Shown one piece after another: positions 44,728 through 52,509 of a stretch of DNA of 52,509 bases (the first letter of the stretch is position 1; each line of letters opens with the position of its first letter). Source of the stretch: a virus (taxonomy: Duplodnaviria > Caudoviricetes). Under the pieces are notes generated by a model, which worked only from the letters and a program-made list of their open reading frames with translations, made no database searches and had not been told where the DNA came from. The translations under genes were made by a program, and so were the position numbers. Location of the stretch: the IMG/VR virus record IMGVR_UViG_3300009124_000019, positions 1-52,509 of that record; one strand, given 5' to 3'.

Positions 44728-44873
44728 CGACCCTGACCACGATAACGCTTCTTACTACCGTTTCTTGAGGTTGCGGAATATTTAGTATTCTTCGATGCCC
44801 CCTGTCTGGTGATCTTGGGTTTACCAGGCATAAAGTTGGTGCCTGAAATGCCGACTTTGCTTCGTGTTGCCAT
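44724..44873 (-). CDS. Small basic protein (49 aa, below the ORF-track cutoff)
   Basis: AGGAG RBS; MATRSKVGISGTNFMPGKPKITRQGASKNTKYSATSRNGSKKRYRGQGR; the RYRGQG ending is typical of a small T4-like phage protein; ATGA overlap with the next gene. Confidence 0.8.
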   Translation of the reverse strand: MATRSKVGISGTNFMPGKPKITRQGASKNTKYSATSRNGSKKRYRGQGR

Positions 44874-44891
44874 TTTGCTCCTTAAGGGACC

Positions 44892-45425
44892 TTAGGATGC
44901 TAGCACAGTTGGGGACCCATATGCAACCACTGAGGAGCATGGATATGAAAATCCAGGGAAACCCACTCCAAGAGGATCCAAGATACGAGCAACAGGGACT
45001 TTGAATGCATATGTTGTAAGTGTTGATGCTTGTACAACTCTTTCATGCCCCTTCCCACCTTGATCTTCTTTTGTCAACCGACTACACTCGATAGGTGTTG
45101 GTACTGGACACACGCTGTTACCACATGGGCACATATAAGTAATGATATTTGTACATGCTGAAATATGTGGTGAAAATGCATCACCATGAATCATAATCGG
45201 TGTACCATTCACAAGCACTGTCGCTCTTTTGACATTAACTGCCTGAAGGGGGATCAATGAAGTAGGTGGCCACCAACATGTAAAGTTTTTGATGTAAATC
45301 GAATATGGGATTGGTGGTGTTTTACATTTCTGCTCGGAATGGATTGTAGCAGGCAAACAAAGTCCATGTCCAGAGCAAGGCATACCATTCAATTGTGCTA
45401 CTGGTCTTAGAAATCCGTATGCCAT
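44892..45425 (-). CDS. PAAR-like (gp5.4-type) baseplate spike tip protein with Cys-rich insertions, 177 aa
   Basis: CSGHG; TVLVNGTPIMIHGDAFSPH; HERVVQAS...PVARILD; C-term CSSVVAYGSPTVLA. Confidence 0.8.
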   Translation of the reverse strand: MAYGFLRPVAQLNGMPCSGHGLCLPATIHSEQKCKTPPIPYSIYIKNFTCWWPPTSLIPLQAVNVKRATVLVNGTPIMIHGDAFSPHISACTNIITYMCPCGNSVCPVPTPIECSRLTKEDQGGKGHERVVQASTLTTYAFKVPVARILDPLGVGFPGFSYPCSSVVAYGSPTVLAS

Positions 45426-48400
45426 TACAAGTCCTCATTGATTTTTGTTTGCCTGGTTTCATCAGGACGAGCAACATCACATTCGGTGAAGTATGGGTTG
45501 CCATAGTTGTCTATGGCATTACTTAGTGCCTGAATCGATCCTGTTAACCAATTCCTAACTCGCATAGTACCGTTAATAGGTCCTATATTCATAACTTTAT
45601 AGTTTTCTCCTTTTGGCTCATCGATCCTAGTGGGATCGATTGCAATAGATGCATCACTAACATATTCGAGACCAACACATGGAGGAATATTTACGCTTGG
45701 TTGAATGAGGAAACTCAGGAATCCTCCAAAGATAGGATTAGAAGCATTATTAGCGCAATCGTTGCAGAATGGATTATATACTCCTGTTGGTGCTTGGTGT
45801 GCTCCCTCAAAAGCAAATCCACCACCTGCTGCTGGTCCAGGTCCTGTGATCTCCCAGAAGCGTTTACCAGGGATTGGGTTGCCATTTACATCCCACCCAC
45901 AATAAACGTCCAGAGGGGCGTCTGAGGGCGCTCCTGAGGCACGTACATACTTGTCCCAGCAGTCATGGACAGGCACGTTGTTATTAGGACAATCAACTTG
46001 GAATGATGTCCATGGTCCACTATCACCTGAATCTGGATTATCTGTAGTAGTTGTACTAGTTGTGGATTCTCCAGTCGCTGGGTCTGTAGTAGTTGTAGTT
46101 TCTGTAGTTTGGTAAATCCAACTCCAAGTAGTTGATCCAGCATCAGGGGTGTGACTTGTCAAATTATCACATAACCAAAGACCAAACTGCTCACCTTCAC
46201 TATAACCCGATCGGTTATAGTCAAAGGTATTCTCTTCCAACCCGACTGGCACATAAATGATGTCATCTTCATCATTAGGATCACGATAACAGCGACCTTT
46301 ATACCCACCCCGTGAGCATCCCCATGTCCGATATCCAGAATTGCCTCCAGGAAGTTTTCTGGAAGGGGTCAATTTGGGTTTTTGAAAGGCACTTAAGAAA
46401 TCCATGAAGTCGTCACCCATAGATCCTGTAGTTCTACCCTCAACTTGGATGCCAACAACGAATTCTGCCTCTTGTACATCAGATGCACAGTACTTGTAAG
46501 GCAAATATCCGAAAGCACGCTCTTTTGTGAGCTTTCTACTCGCTTGAATCTCGTCCAAAATCGTAGATCCCGCCTCAGTAGTGCTCATATAAGCACAAGG
46601 CATGTCAAACCAGCGCCCAATACTGATAATATCGGGTTGACCCATCGAAATACACCTCTGTTTGTTGAATCCACCGTAAACATGCGATGTTGTTTCTTGA
46701 TATTGGTCAACTTGAGCCGCTGCTTTGTACAATTCAGGCATAATTTGCGCCTCATAGTCCCGAATTGGCTCATTGATCTTGGAAATTTCGCTAAAAAAGT
46801 CCTCTTTGGGCAATGCGTCGAGGATATTTCCTCTTCCAGTCACTTCTAAACAGTTTGGAGGGAGATCAAAGCACAATTTTGTCTCATTATTCTCATCAAC
46901 TTGCGCGATTCTGATGTAACTATCAGGTGCAAACGCTCTTTGGGGCTCTTTGATTGAGTCAATACCTAGTTTTGCGATCTGTGCCATATTCATACTGGCA
47001 AAACCTGCGGCACCATTGGCAGCAGACTCGTCAGAAAACGCATTTTCAAAGTTTCTACCGCCAGTATCAAACTCAGATGTGGTAAAAGTACCTGTTGCAT
47101 TGATACCAGACCCAAATTTGGGTGGTTGATAGGTGCCATACCGTGCCCCTTGCGCTGTAGGTTGGGTATATTGGAATGCATCTGAGATATTTTGAGAGGT
47201 TTTTACCAATTCTTCCTCACCTTTATCAGGTCCAGTGTATTCAATAAACTCTGGATCACTCACAAACACCTGTGGAGGTTGCTTTCTGGAGTATCCTGCA
47301 CCACCATCGATGATTCTAACCTCATCAATACCACCATTTGCATCAAATTTAGAGATCTCTAGCTTCGCAGTGCGGAGCTTAAACTTAGTTTCATCATGAT
47401 TGATGGGATAATCGACAGCACCACTGATAGCACCAGCTGCAATCTGCACATCTCGCGCTGGATCATCACCTGTATTGAGTGTTTCTGTGAATCCAATTGC
47501 CTCTTCTATAGAAGAATCCTCCTTAATGAGGTCTTCTAGGTGCTCAGTAACATCAGTTGCACTGAAATCCTCCATCACTCTGGGACAAACTACACTAATT
47601 TGTGCCTTTGGACGTGATGTACTACCGTCTGGAGCTCTTACTTCACTACCATCATGGTATCCACGACCATTATTGATGATCTCAACGTCATAAACTGCGC
47701 CTTCATCATCAACCAAAGCCTTGATTATCGCTGCATCGAGTGTGCGATTGGGGACAAGTGCTCTTGGAGAGAGCTCAACTTTGTAATATGACACCTTTTT
47801 GGGGAATTCATACACTCCAGCAAAGGCACATTTGTCGCCAATGCCTGGTCCAGAGAGTACTTTCATCCGAGCACCATCATCTGACTCGAATTCTTCCTCA
47901 TAATCGAAGTCACTTCCATCGCCCATGAGCTCCATCATGCCACATTTGAGCTCATCACCGAAGTAAAACACACTAACGATATCCCAACCGTTAATTTTCT
48001 CCCCTCTATTGAAGTCTCCGTCCCGTGTTAGGTAACGGAAAAGGATTCTAGGGGTCGTAGTATCGAATGTCCAGAAGGATTCGTTGATACCTTTGCTAGA
48101 TTTGTTGGTTAATTTGATCTTAGTCCGCGTAGTTTCCCAAGAATCGTCGCGAATTTGATAGAAATGCGAATAGTTATGGTAGTTTGCTTTGCAACATGGT
48201 GATTGCCTGGTCCCACCAGCACCACCACCCGATGTATCATCCGTAGTGCATGTCGTATTGGGGCAACATGGTTTGTCATTCAGTCGATATTGGATACCAA
48301 AGACTGGTCCATTGAATGGAGTACTCGTATCATAGAGATAATACAGGAATTGAGAATCATAAGAGTCTTCAAATCCAAGGAATTTTGGCACTGCTGCTTT

Positions 48401-49567
48401 GATAGACGCATTCAGTCCATACAACCATTCAAAGTTTGCTTGCTCATTGGCAATACTGACGCCACCTTCTGGCTCATGACCCCATGACGCAACATTAGGT
48501 GCTCCAGGATCCATCTCACCAAAGATATCATATTTTCGTAGTGCCTGGTTGAAACAAGGATTACCACCTCTGTTATAAACTCTCCAACTGAAAACACAGT
48601 CATAACCATCACCTGTCTGATAGTTATACCAAGCAGTCTTATCTACACACTGACCCGTGGGACCAATCTTAGCAACGTCTCTAATAACCTGCCTAGGGGC
48701 GTCACCAGGATTTGATCCAAATACCCAACACAAGATACCCTGATAATCATATTCTTCACCACGAGGATCCTTACAATCTGCAGGTCCATCACCACCACTG
48801 TTACCTGTCTCTAGGTTTACTTCATCCTCTGGTCTAATAGTATAGAAGTTATCAATGTCTATACCACTACTAGCATTCATGCTACCGTAGCGATAGTGAT
48901 AAAGAGGAAAGATATTATCTGCCTGCTCTGATCCTGCCCAGTCTAAGGCATCGTTGTAACTACCAAAGGCATATCCTAAGGTATAGCATTCATAGTACTT
49001 ACCTTGACCGCAACCAACATTACCACCATAGTCACTAGGATCTGAATTATCACCAAAGGTGAGCATACAGTCATCAGGCCAATATGAAAACCATACCTTT
49101 AATGGCTCTGCACCAGAGATATAGTTATTATCATCGTCTTGAGGACCTCTGTTGTGCAGAGTATGGAATACAGGTCCACCACTCCGTGGCTCTTTGTTGT
49201 ATCCATCTGCAACTTCTTTCCAGTTTTCATTCTCACACCCCATATCCCTATCAGTGATACTAGGGTTATTGGAATATCTGTGATCACGCTTCTCACCACG
49301 CAAGAAACGATACACAGGTCCCTTGGTAGCGCAACCTTCTACACAACCAGGATCTTGATCACCAATATAATGTACTTCGTCCTTGCCCAATGGCATACTA
49401 CCAGGACCACCAGACTCAAACGTAATGTAATAGTCTGTGCCAGTACCTAGATTATAATCACCATTTTCATACTTACTGGATGCTGGTCGCTCCCATTTTT
49501 TAGTAAACCCTGCACCACTCAATGGGTTGGGGAAACTTCTTGCTGTTTCAATGATGTACGCGACCAT
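45425..49567 (-). CDS. Large Cys-rich putative virion/baseplate protein, 1380 aa
   Basis: N-terminal threefold PVYRF/PLYHY...H/FYT...Y..G repeat; VEIINNGRGY and VRIIDGGAGY structural repeats; Thr-rich linker; coupled to the PAAR gene (TAATG); late promoter upstream. Confidence 0.8.
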   Translation of the reverse strand: MVAYIIETARSFPNPLSGAGFTKKWERPASSKYENGDYNLGTGTDYYITFESGGPGSMPLGKDEVHYIGDQDPGCVEGCATKGPVYRFLRGEKRDHRYSNNPSITDRDMGCENENWKEVADGYNKEPRSGGPVFHTLHNRGPQDDDNNYISGAEPLKVWFSYWPDDCMLTFGDNSDPSDYGGNVGCGQGKYYECYTLGYAFGSYNDALDWAGSEQADNIFPLYHYRYGSMNASSGIDIDNFYTIRPEDEVNLETGNSGGDGPADCKDPRGEEYDYQGILCWVFGSNPGDAPRQVIRDVAKIGPTGQCVDKTAWYNYQTGDGYDCVFSWRVYNRGGNPCFNQALRKYDIFGEMDPGAPNVASWGHEPEGGVSIANEQANFEWLYGLNASIKAAVPKFLGFEDSYDSQFLYYLYDTSTPFNGPVFGIQYRLNDKPCCPNTTCTTDDTSGGGAGGTRQSPCCKANYHNYSHFYQIRDDSWETTRTKIKLTNKSSKGINESFWTFDTTTPRILFRYLTRDGDFNRGEKINGWDIVSVFYFGDELKCGMMELMGDGSDFDYEEEFESDDGARMKVLSGPGIGDKCAFAGVYEFPKKVSYYKVELSPRALVPNRTLDAAIIKALVDDEGAVYDVEIINNGRGYHDGSEVRAPDGSTSRPKAQISVVCPRVMEDFSATDVTEHLEDLIKEDSSIEEAIGFTETLNTGDDPARDVQIAAGAISGAVDYPINHDETKFKLRTAKLEISKFDANGGIDEVRIIDGGAGYSRKQPPQVFVSDPEFIEYTGPDKGEEELVKTSQNISDAFQYTQPTAQGARYGTYQPPKFGSGINATGTFTTSEFDTGGRNFENAFSDESAANGAAGFASMNMAQIAKLGIDSIKEPQRAFAPDSYIRIAQVDENNETKLCFDLPPNCLEVTGRGNILDALPKEDFFSEISKINEPIRDYEAQIMPELYKAAAQVDQYQETTSHVYGGFNKQRCISMGQPDIISIGRWFDMPCAYMSTTEAGSTILDEIQASRKLTKERAFGYLPYKYCASDVQEAEFVVGIQVEGRTTGSMGDDFMDFLSAFQKPKLTPSRKLPGGNSGYRTWGCSRGGYKGRCYRDPNDEDDIIYVPVGLEENTFDYNRSGYSEGEQFGLWLCDNLTSHTPDAGSTTWSWIYQTTETTTTTDPATGESTTSTTTTDNPDSGDSGPWTSFQVDCPNNNVPVHDCWDKYVRASGAPSDAPLDVYCGWDVNGNPIPGKRFWEITGPGPAAGGGFAFEGAHQAPTGVYNPFCNDCANNASNPIFGGFLSFLIQPSVNIPPCVGLEYVSDASIAIDPTRIDEPKGENYKVMNIGPINGTMRVRNWLTGSIQALSNAIDNYGNPYFTECDVARPDETRQTKINEDL

Positions 49568-49575
49568 TTACATGA

Positions 49576-49869
49576 TTAACTATCTTCCAGTTTATTTAGA
49601 CGGTCTTTCGTGCAATCACGCTCTCCCTCTAAAGTCCCAATACGATCGTAGATATTATCAAGTAACTCTTTGAGATTAGAGTAATGCTCTGTCTCTGGAA
49701 TCTTATACTTGATCATGTCAGGACCAGGAGGCGGAATTTTTTGCACTGCTTGCTCCAATCGTGTTACACGCTCGGTCAATTGTACAATTGCCTTACTTAA
49801 ATTCTCAAATCCCCAATTGACATATTCCTCCATGGAATTAAAACTTTGGGGTTGCTGATCTTCACTCAT
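49576..49869 (-). CDS. Coiled-coil hypothetical protein (97 aa)
   Basis: Heptad segments flanking PPPGPDMIKYK; co-oriented and tightly packed with its neighbours. Confidence 0.8.
   Translation of the reverse strand: MSEDQQPQSFNSMEEYVNWGFENLSKAIVQLTERVTRLEQAVQKIPPPGPDMIKYKIPETEHYSNLKELLDNIYDRIGTLEGERDCTKDRLNKLEDS
49593..49599 (-). promoter_or_regulatory. Late promoter variant (CTAAATA) for the 1380-aa gene
   Basis: 26 nt upstream of the ATG at 49567. Confidence 0.55.
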
Positions 49870-49901
49870 AGTTAAACGCCGTTTTTTGCTTCGCGATTTT
49901 T

Positions 49902-50066
49902 TTACGACTCTGCTTTTCTAAGAATTACAGCACCGTCGATATCCTCGGACCAATCTAACTCAGTCCCCTCTGCCCATCCCATCTCATCCAGTAACTCATC
50001 AGGGAGTGTGATAAAACATTCCCCATGCTCATCTACCTCTACATCAAGTACATACCTCTTACTCAT
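49902..50066 (-). CDS. AbrB/MazE/SpoVT-like small DNA-binding protein (54 aa; in-frame extension to 50303 possible)
   Basis: VEVDEHGECFITLPDELLDEMGWAEGTELDW...GAVILRK fits the swapped-hairpin family pattern. Confidence 0.7.
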   Translation of the reverse strand: MSKRYVLDVEVDEHGECFITLPDELLDEMGWAEGTELDWSEDIDGAVILRKAES

Positions 50067-50408
50067 AACACTATTTCGGTCTACACGAGTATGTAGTGTT
50101 TTAAATACTTTGAAAGGATATAAGAGGGTTTGCCTAGAAACACTCATGACTCTCAGTATACCCGCCTTACAGGCGATCCTGAGCGTCTCTGAGAGGGTTA
50201 TGGCAATATATGATAACTGCTCCCACGAGGTCGTTGTGTAAACCTGGGGAGCAGTTTTGTAACCTGGGAATTTTTTTTCAGAGGGGGGGACCCGAAGTTT
50301 CATTTGATTTCAGTCGAGATATCTCGAAGTCGATGTGATACTTTTGTAGGTTAGGGAAGTAGGCGTTTTTAATATACCCGCTTCGCGGTAACACATAACA
50401 CGCATGAA

Positions 50409-50636
50409 TTAACTGCTCTCAGTGTCACCTACCTCTACATCATAGCACATACCCTCAGCGATGAAATAATCACATAGTGGTTGATACTGTGTGAGGTAAT
50501 CATCTAGATCTAAGTCTATTAAACTCTGTGCTAGTTTGACTTGCTCATCTGGTGGTAAATGACCCTCATCATATAGATCTAAGAGTATTTCTAGTTGTTG
50601 TGGAATAGATGCAATCTTTGCTCCGTAGGATGTCAT
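50409..50636 (-). CDS. Acidic hypothetical protein (75 aa)
   Basis: GGAGG RBS; ATGA overlap with the upstream ORF. Confidence 0.75.
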   Translation of the reverse strand: MTSYGAKIASIPQQLEILLDLYDEGHLPPDEQVKLAQSLIDLDLDDYLTQYQPLCDYFIAEGMCYDVEVGDTESS

Positions 50637-50800
50637 TGTGCCTCCGAATACTGTCGTGCATCATTGATTGCTTGCTCTCGTGATTTGAATGGACCATACT
50701 TAGGACAACCGTCATAATCGTATGCCCAAAAGTACTTCCTACCCTTGTCCCATAGTTTAACATCAACGGGAGGAGTGGTGGTGAGAGTGATAGTTTTCAT
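50633..50800 (-). CDS. Hypothetical protein (55 aa, below the ORF-track cutoff)
   Basis: GGAG RBS; MKTITLTTTPPVDVKLWDKGRKYFWAYDYDGCPKYGPFKSREQAINDARQYSEAQ; ATGA overlaps at both ends. Confidence 0.75.
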   Translation of the reverse strand: MKTITLTTTPPVDVKLWDKGRKYFWAYDYDGCPKYGPFKSREQAINDARQYSEAQ

Positions 50801-50910
50801 TCGTAATCTCCAGAATAGGTGTCAGCGAGTGTTTCGGTAGTTAGGTCATCATACTCGGGGATATCATCCTCTAGCATGTCATCAATCCAATCATTGTCAA
50901 TCTCATTCAT
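50797..50910 (-). CDS. Very acidic microprotein (37 aa)
   Basis: GAGGA RBS; MNEIDNDWIDDMLEDDIPEYDDLTTETLADTYSGDYE; TGATG and ATGA coupling to its neighbours. Confidence 0.65.
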   Translation of the reverse strand: MNEIDNDWIDDMLEDDIPEYDDLTTETLADTYSGDYE

Positions 50911-51095
50911 CAGTTAGATTCCTCTTGATTGTGATCACTACTCATGTTGCGTTGTTGATACTTACCTGTGGAAAAGTTGTCCTCATAGGTATCACTGTAG
51001 TCTCGCTTATTCTTGCCGAATTGCTGACGCTTCTCCCTAATGGATTTGGGTCGTCGTGAGTTATGCAAATCGTTGCGCTTATAGGTGCGTCCCAT
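50910..51095 (-). CDS. Small protein with basic N-terminus (61 aa)
   Basis: MGRTYKRNDLHNSRRPKSIREKRQQFGKNKR; first gene after a sigma70-like promoter. Confidence 0.75.
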   Translation of the reverse strand: MGRTYKRNDLHNSRRPKSIREKRQQFGKNKRDYSDTYEDNFSTGKYQQRNMSSDHNQEESN

Positions 51096-51138
51096 TGTTA
51101 GTTAGATGATGGAAGTAGGGTGAGTTGATTACCTAGTA

Positions 51139-51167
51139 ATAATGCCACATTTTGGCACTATTGTCAA
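51139..51167 (-). promoter_or_regulatory. Sigma70-like (early) promoter with an inverted repeat in the spacer
   Basis: TTGACA (51167-51162), 17 nt, CATTAT; TGCCA-N5-TGGCA at 51143-51157. Confidence 0.55.
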
Positions 51168-51274
51168 CTGGTCTGTGAGGGTTTGTGTAGTGTCCTGGGA
51201 GATGTTGTCAAAAAAATCCTCTTGTGCTACGGTCTAAGGTAACTATAACTCCGTAGATATAATTCTCGGAGGTA

Positions 51275-51282
51275 TATTTATA
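51275..51282 (-). promoter_or_regulatory. Canonical T4 late promoter TATAAATA
   Basis: Exact consensus in the 51096-51342 intergenic region. Confidence 0.65.
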
Positions 51283-51308
51283 AAGGCATTTTTAATCTCC
51301 CCAGGATA

Positions 51309-51338
51309 TGCGGAAACTGTGGAAAAGGTTGTGGAAAA
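51309..51338. promoter_or_regulatory. Tandem cyanobacterial-type DnaA boxes (TTTTCCACA)
   Basis: TGTGGAAAA at 51318-51326 and 51330-51338, a degenerate copy at 51309-51317, and another exact copy at 50967-50975. Confidence 0.5.
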
Positions 51339-51342
51339 GTAT

Positions 51343-51987
51343 CTATTGTGGGACAAAGTTAGCAGTGAGGGTGATACGTTGATCATTAGGGTTAGTATCA
51401 TATCCATGGGTGATGTGTGATGGATAGATGATAATATCTCCTTCAGACATATCGAATGTACATTCAGTCATATTGTATGGGGTCATATCAGTGGAGCGAA
51501 GTTGAATGACGGGATAATGTGATGATTGTACGTTACGTCTAAATTTAACTGGCGAGTGTAATGTGTGATCGTAGTTAATAAGATAGGTGAGAGAGTAGAG
51601 GCAGTTTGAATGCTCATGAGGAGCATAGATTGCATCCTTGTTGTGTATCTCTAGGTATGAATCTTGAATAGCGAAAATTGCATCGTATTTAAGAGTATTG
51701 TCGTTTGTCCAGTTTACTGAATCAACGAGGAGTTTGTGAATAATAGGGAGATCATTAATGAGTTTATTGTTAGGACCAACTTGAGCAACGTTATGAGAGA
51801 TAGCGTTACGATCTGTTTTAAGTTGTAGATCTTCAGTTGACATCCATTCTAAGATTTGTTGTTTGAAATCATCATGATTTGGCACTGACACTTTAGAAAC
51901 AGCGGAAGGGAATAAACCATAATGCTCACGCTGAATTTTATCCTCTAGGGTGTCAGATAGTGATTGAGTGAAGATGTCTGATGACAT
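51343..51987 (-). CDS. Putative 2OG-Fe(II) oxygenase (TIGR02466-like), 214 aa
   Basis: LFPSAV N-terminus, PHEHSNCLYSLTYLI (H-x-H), EGDIIIYPSHITHG...N...RITLTANF. Confidence 0.88.
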   Translation of the reverse strand: MSSDIFTQSLSDTLEDKIQREHYGLFPSAVSKVSVPNHDDFKQQILEWMSTEDLQLKTDRNAISHNVAQVGPNNKLINDLPIIHKLLVDSVNWTNDNTLKYDAIFAIQDSYLEIHNKDAIYAPHEHSNCLYSLTYLINYDHTLHSPVKFRRNVQSSHYPVIQLRSTDMTPYNMTECTFDMSEGDIIIYPSHITHGYDTNPNDQRITLTANFVPQ

Positions 51988-52022
51988 GATGTAATTGCAG
52001 TGTGAATTATGTATGTTTGATC

Positions 52023-52051
52023 AGTATATCAGTTGATGAGTTTAATGTCAA
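52023..52051 (-). promoter_or_regulatory. Near-consensus sigma70 promoter for the oxygenase gene
   Basis: TTGACA (52051-52046), 17 nt, TATACT (52028-52023), 36 nt before the ATG. Confidence 0.8.
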
Positions 52052-52053
52052 TT

Positions 52054-52272
52054 TCATTGTGCGGGAATCAATAAGGGATATTTAACTGATGAAGATGAGG
52101 AGATCATTGATACATCAGGAATTGATCTATGCAATGGTGTGAAGAATATCCAAATGCTATCTTTGTAATTAGTAGTTTTAAGGAGATATACTTTATCAGA
52201 GCGAGTGAGTGCAAGTTTTTGCATTTTGCGATTGCGGTAAGTCTTACCGTCAGAGATGTAGAATGTTTTCAT
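52054..52272 (-). CDS. Hypothetical protein (72 aa)
   Basis: ATG ORF co-oriented with neighbours; no recognisable motif. Confidence 0.45.
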   Translation of the reverse strand: MKTFYISDGKTYRNRKMQKLALTRSDKVYLLKTTNYKDSIWIFFTPLHRSIPDVSMISSSSSVKYPLLIPAQ

Positions 52273-52275
52273 TCT

Positions 52276-52449
52276 TCAATTAGAGAGAGATGTAATGATG
52301 GAAAGATTAGATTTAGACTGATAAGTCTTATCTAATTTTTGTGTGAGGATTCGGTTGATCTTTCGTGCTGATGCTTTAGTTGAGGGGAAGAGACTTTGTT
52401 TTGATAATTGTTGCTTAAATGTGGAATTGATGGAGGATTGTGTTTTCAT
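52276..52449 (-). CDS. Hypothetical basic Ser/Lys-rich protein (57 aa)
   Basis: MKTQSSINSTFKQQLSKQSLFPSTKASARKINRILTQKLDKTYQSKSNLSIITSLSN; stop is 3 nt before the next ATG. Confidence 0.4.
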   Translation of the reverse strand: MKTQSSINSTFKQQLSKQSLFPSTKASARKINRILTQKLDKTYQSKSNLSIITSLSN

Positions 52450-52509
52450 GATTGAATTAATTGGTGACTGGGGTGATACGATAGCAGTGCTCTTTACTCC
52501 ATAATTTAT

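Noticed and set aside
46035-46115. GTA/GTT-rich simple repeat
   Set aside because: Encodes a Thr-rich linker in the 1380-aa protein.
50067-50303. 133-aa version of the AbrB-like ORF as the default call
   Set aside because: The recognisable domain starts at Met 50066; the extension has no motif. Kept only as a possibility.
50569-50766. 65-aa minus-strand ORF
   Set aside because: The alternative-frame 55-aa ORF has an RBS and ATGA coupling at both ends.
1-52509. tRNA, rRNA, CRISPR arrays, IS elements
   Set aside because: None seen; intergenic space is minimal and the repeats are protein-level, not repeat-spacer arrays.

Overview
Fragment of a T4-like marine cyanophage (myovirus) genome; every credible gene is on the minus strand. 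From 49.9 kb leftwards it is the late baseplate/tail module: a Cys-rich 1380-aa protein, a PAAR/gp5.4-like spike tip, small ORFs, a PRTase-like protein, gp25, gp6, a 6729-aa gp7-like giant, a YHYH+Ig protein, a gp9/10-like fibre connector, a 628-aa structural protein, gp8, a 2455-aa VrlC-like protein, two small ORFs, and a >2138-aa tail fibre that runs off the left edge (absent from the ORF track). T4-type late promoters (ATAAATA/CTAAATA) precede many of these genes. The right ~2.6 kb holds small genes, a 2OG-Fe(II) oxygenase, sigma70 promoters, tandem cyanobacterial-type DnaA boxes and a reversed G/C strand bias. The most striking observation is an array of 6-7 helical repeats in the giant baseplate protein that resemble phycobiliprotein subunits, keeping the C-x-R-D chromophore cysteine and a second, beta-153/155-like cysteine. 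This suggests a possibly bilin-bearing virion. All family calls come from motifs recognised by eye; no searches were run.
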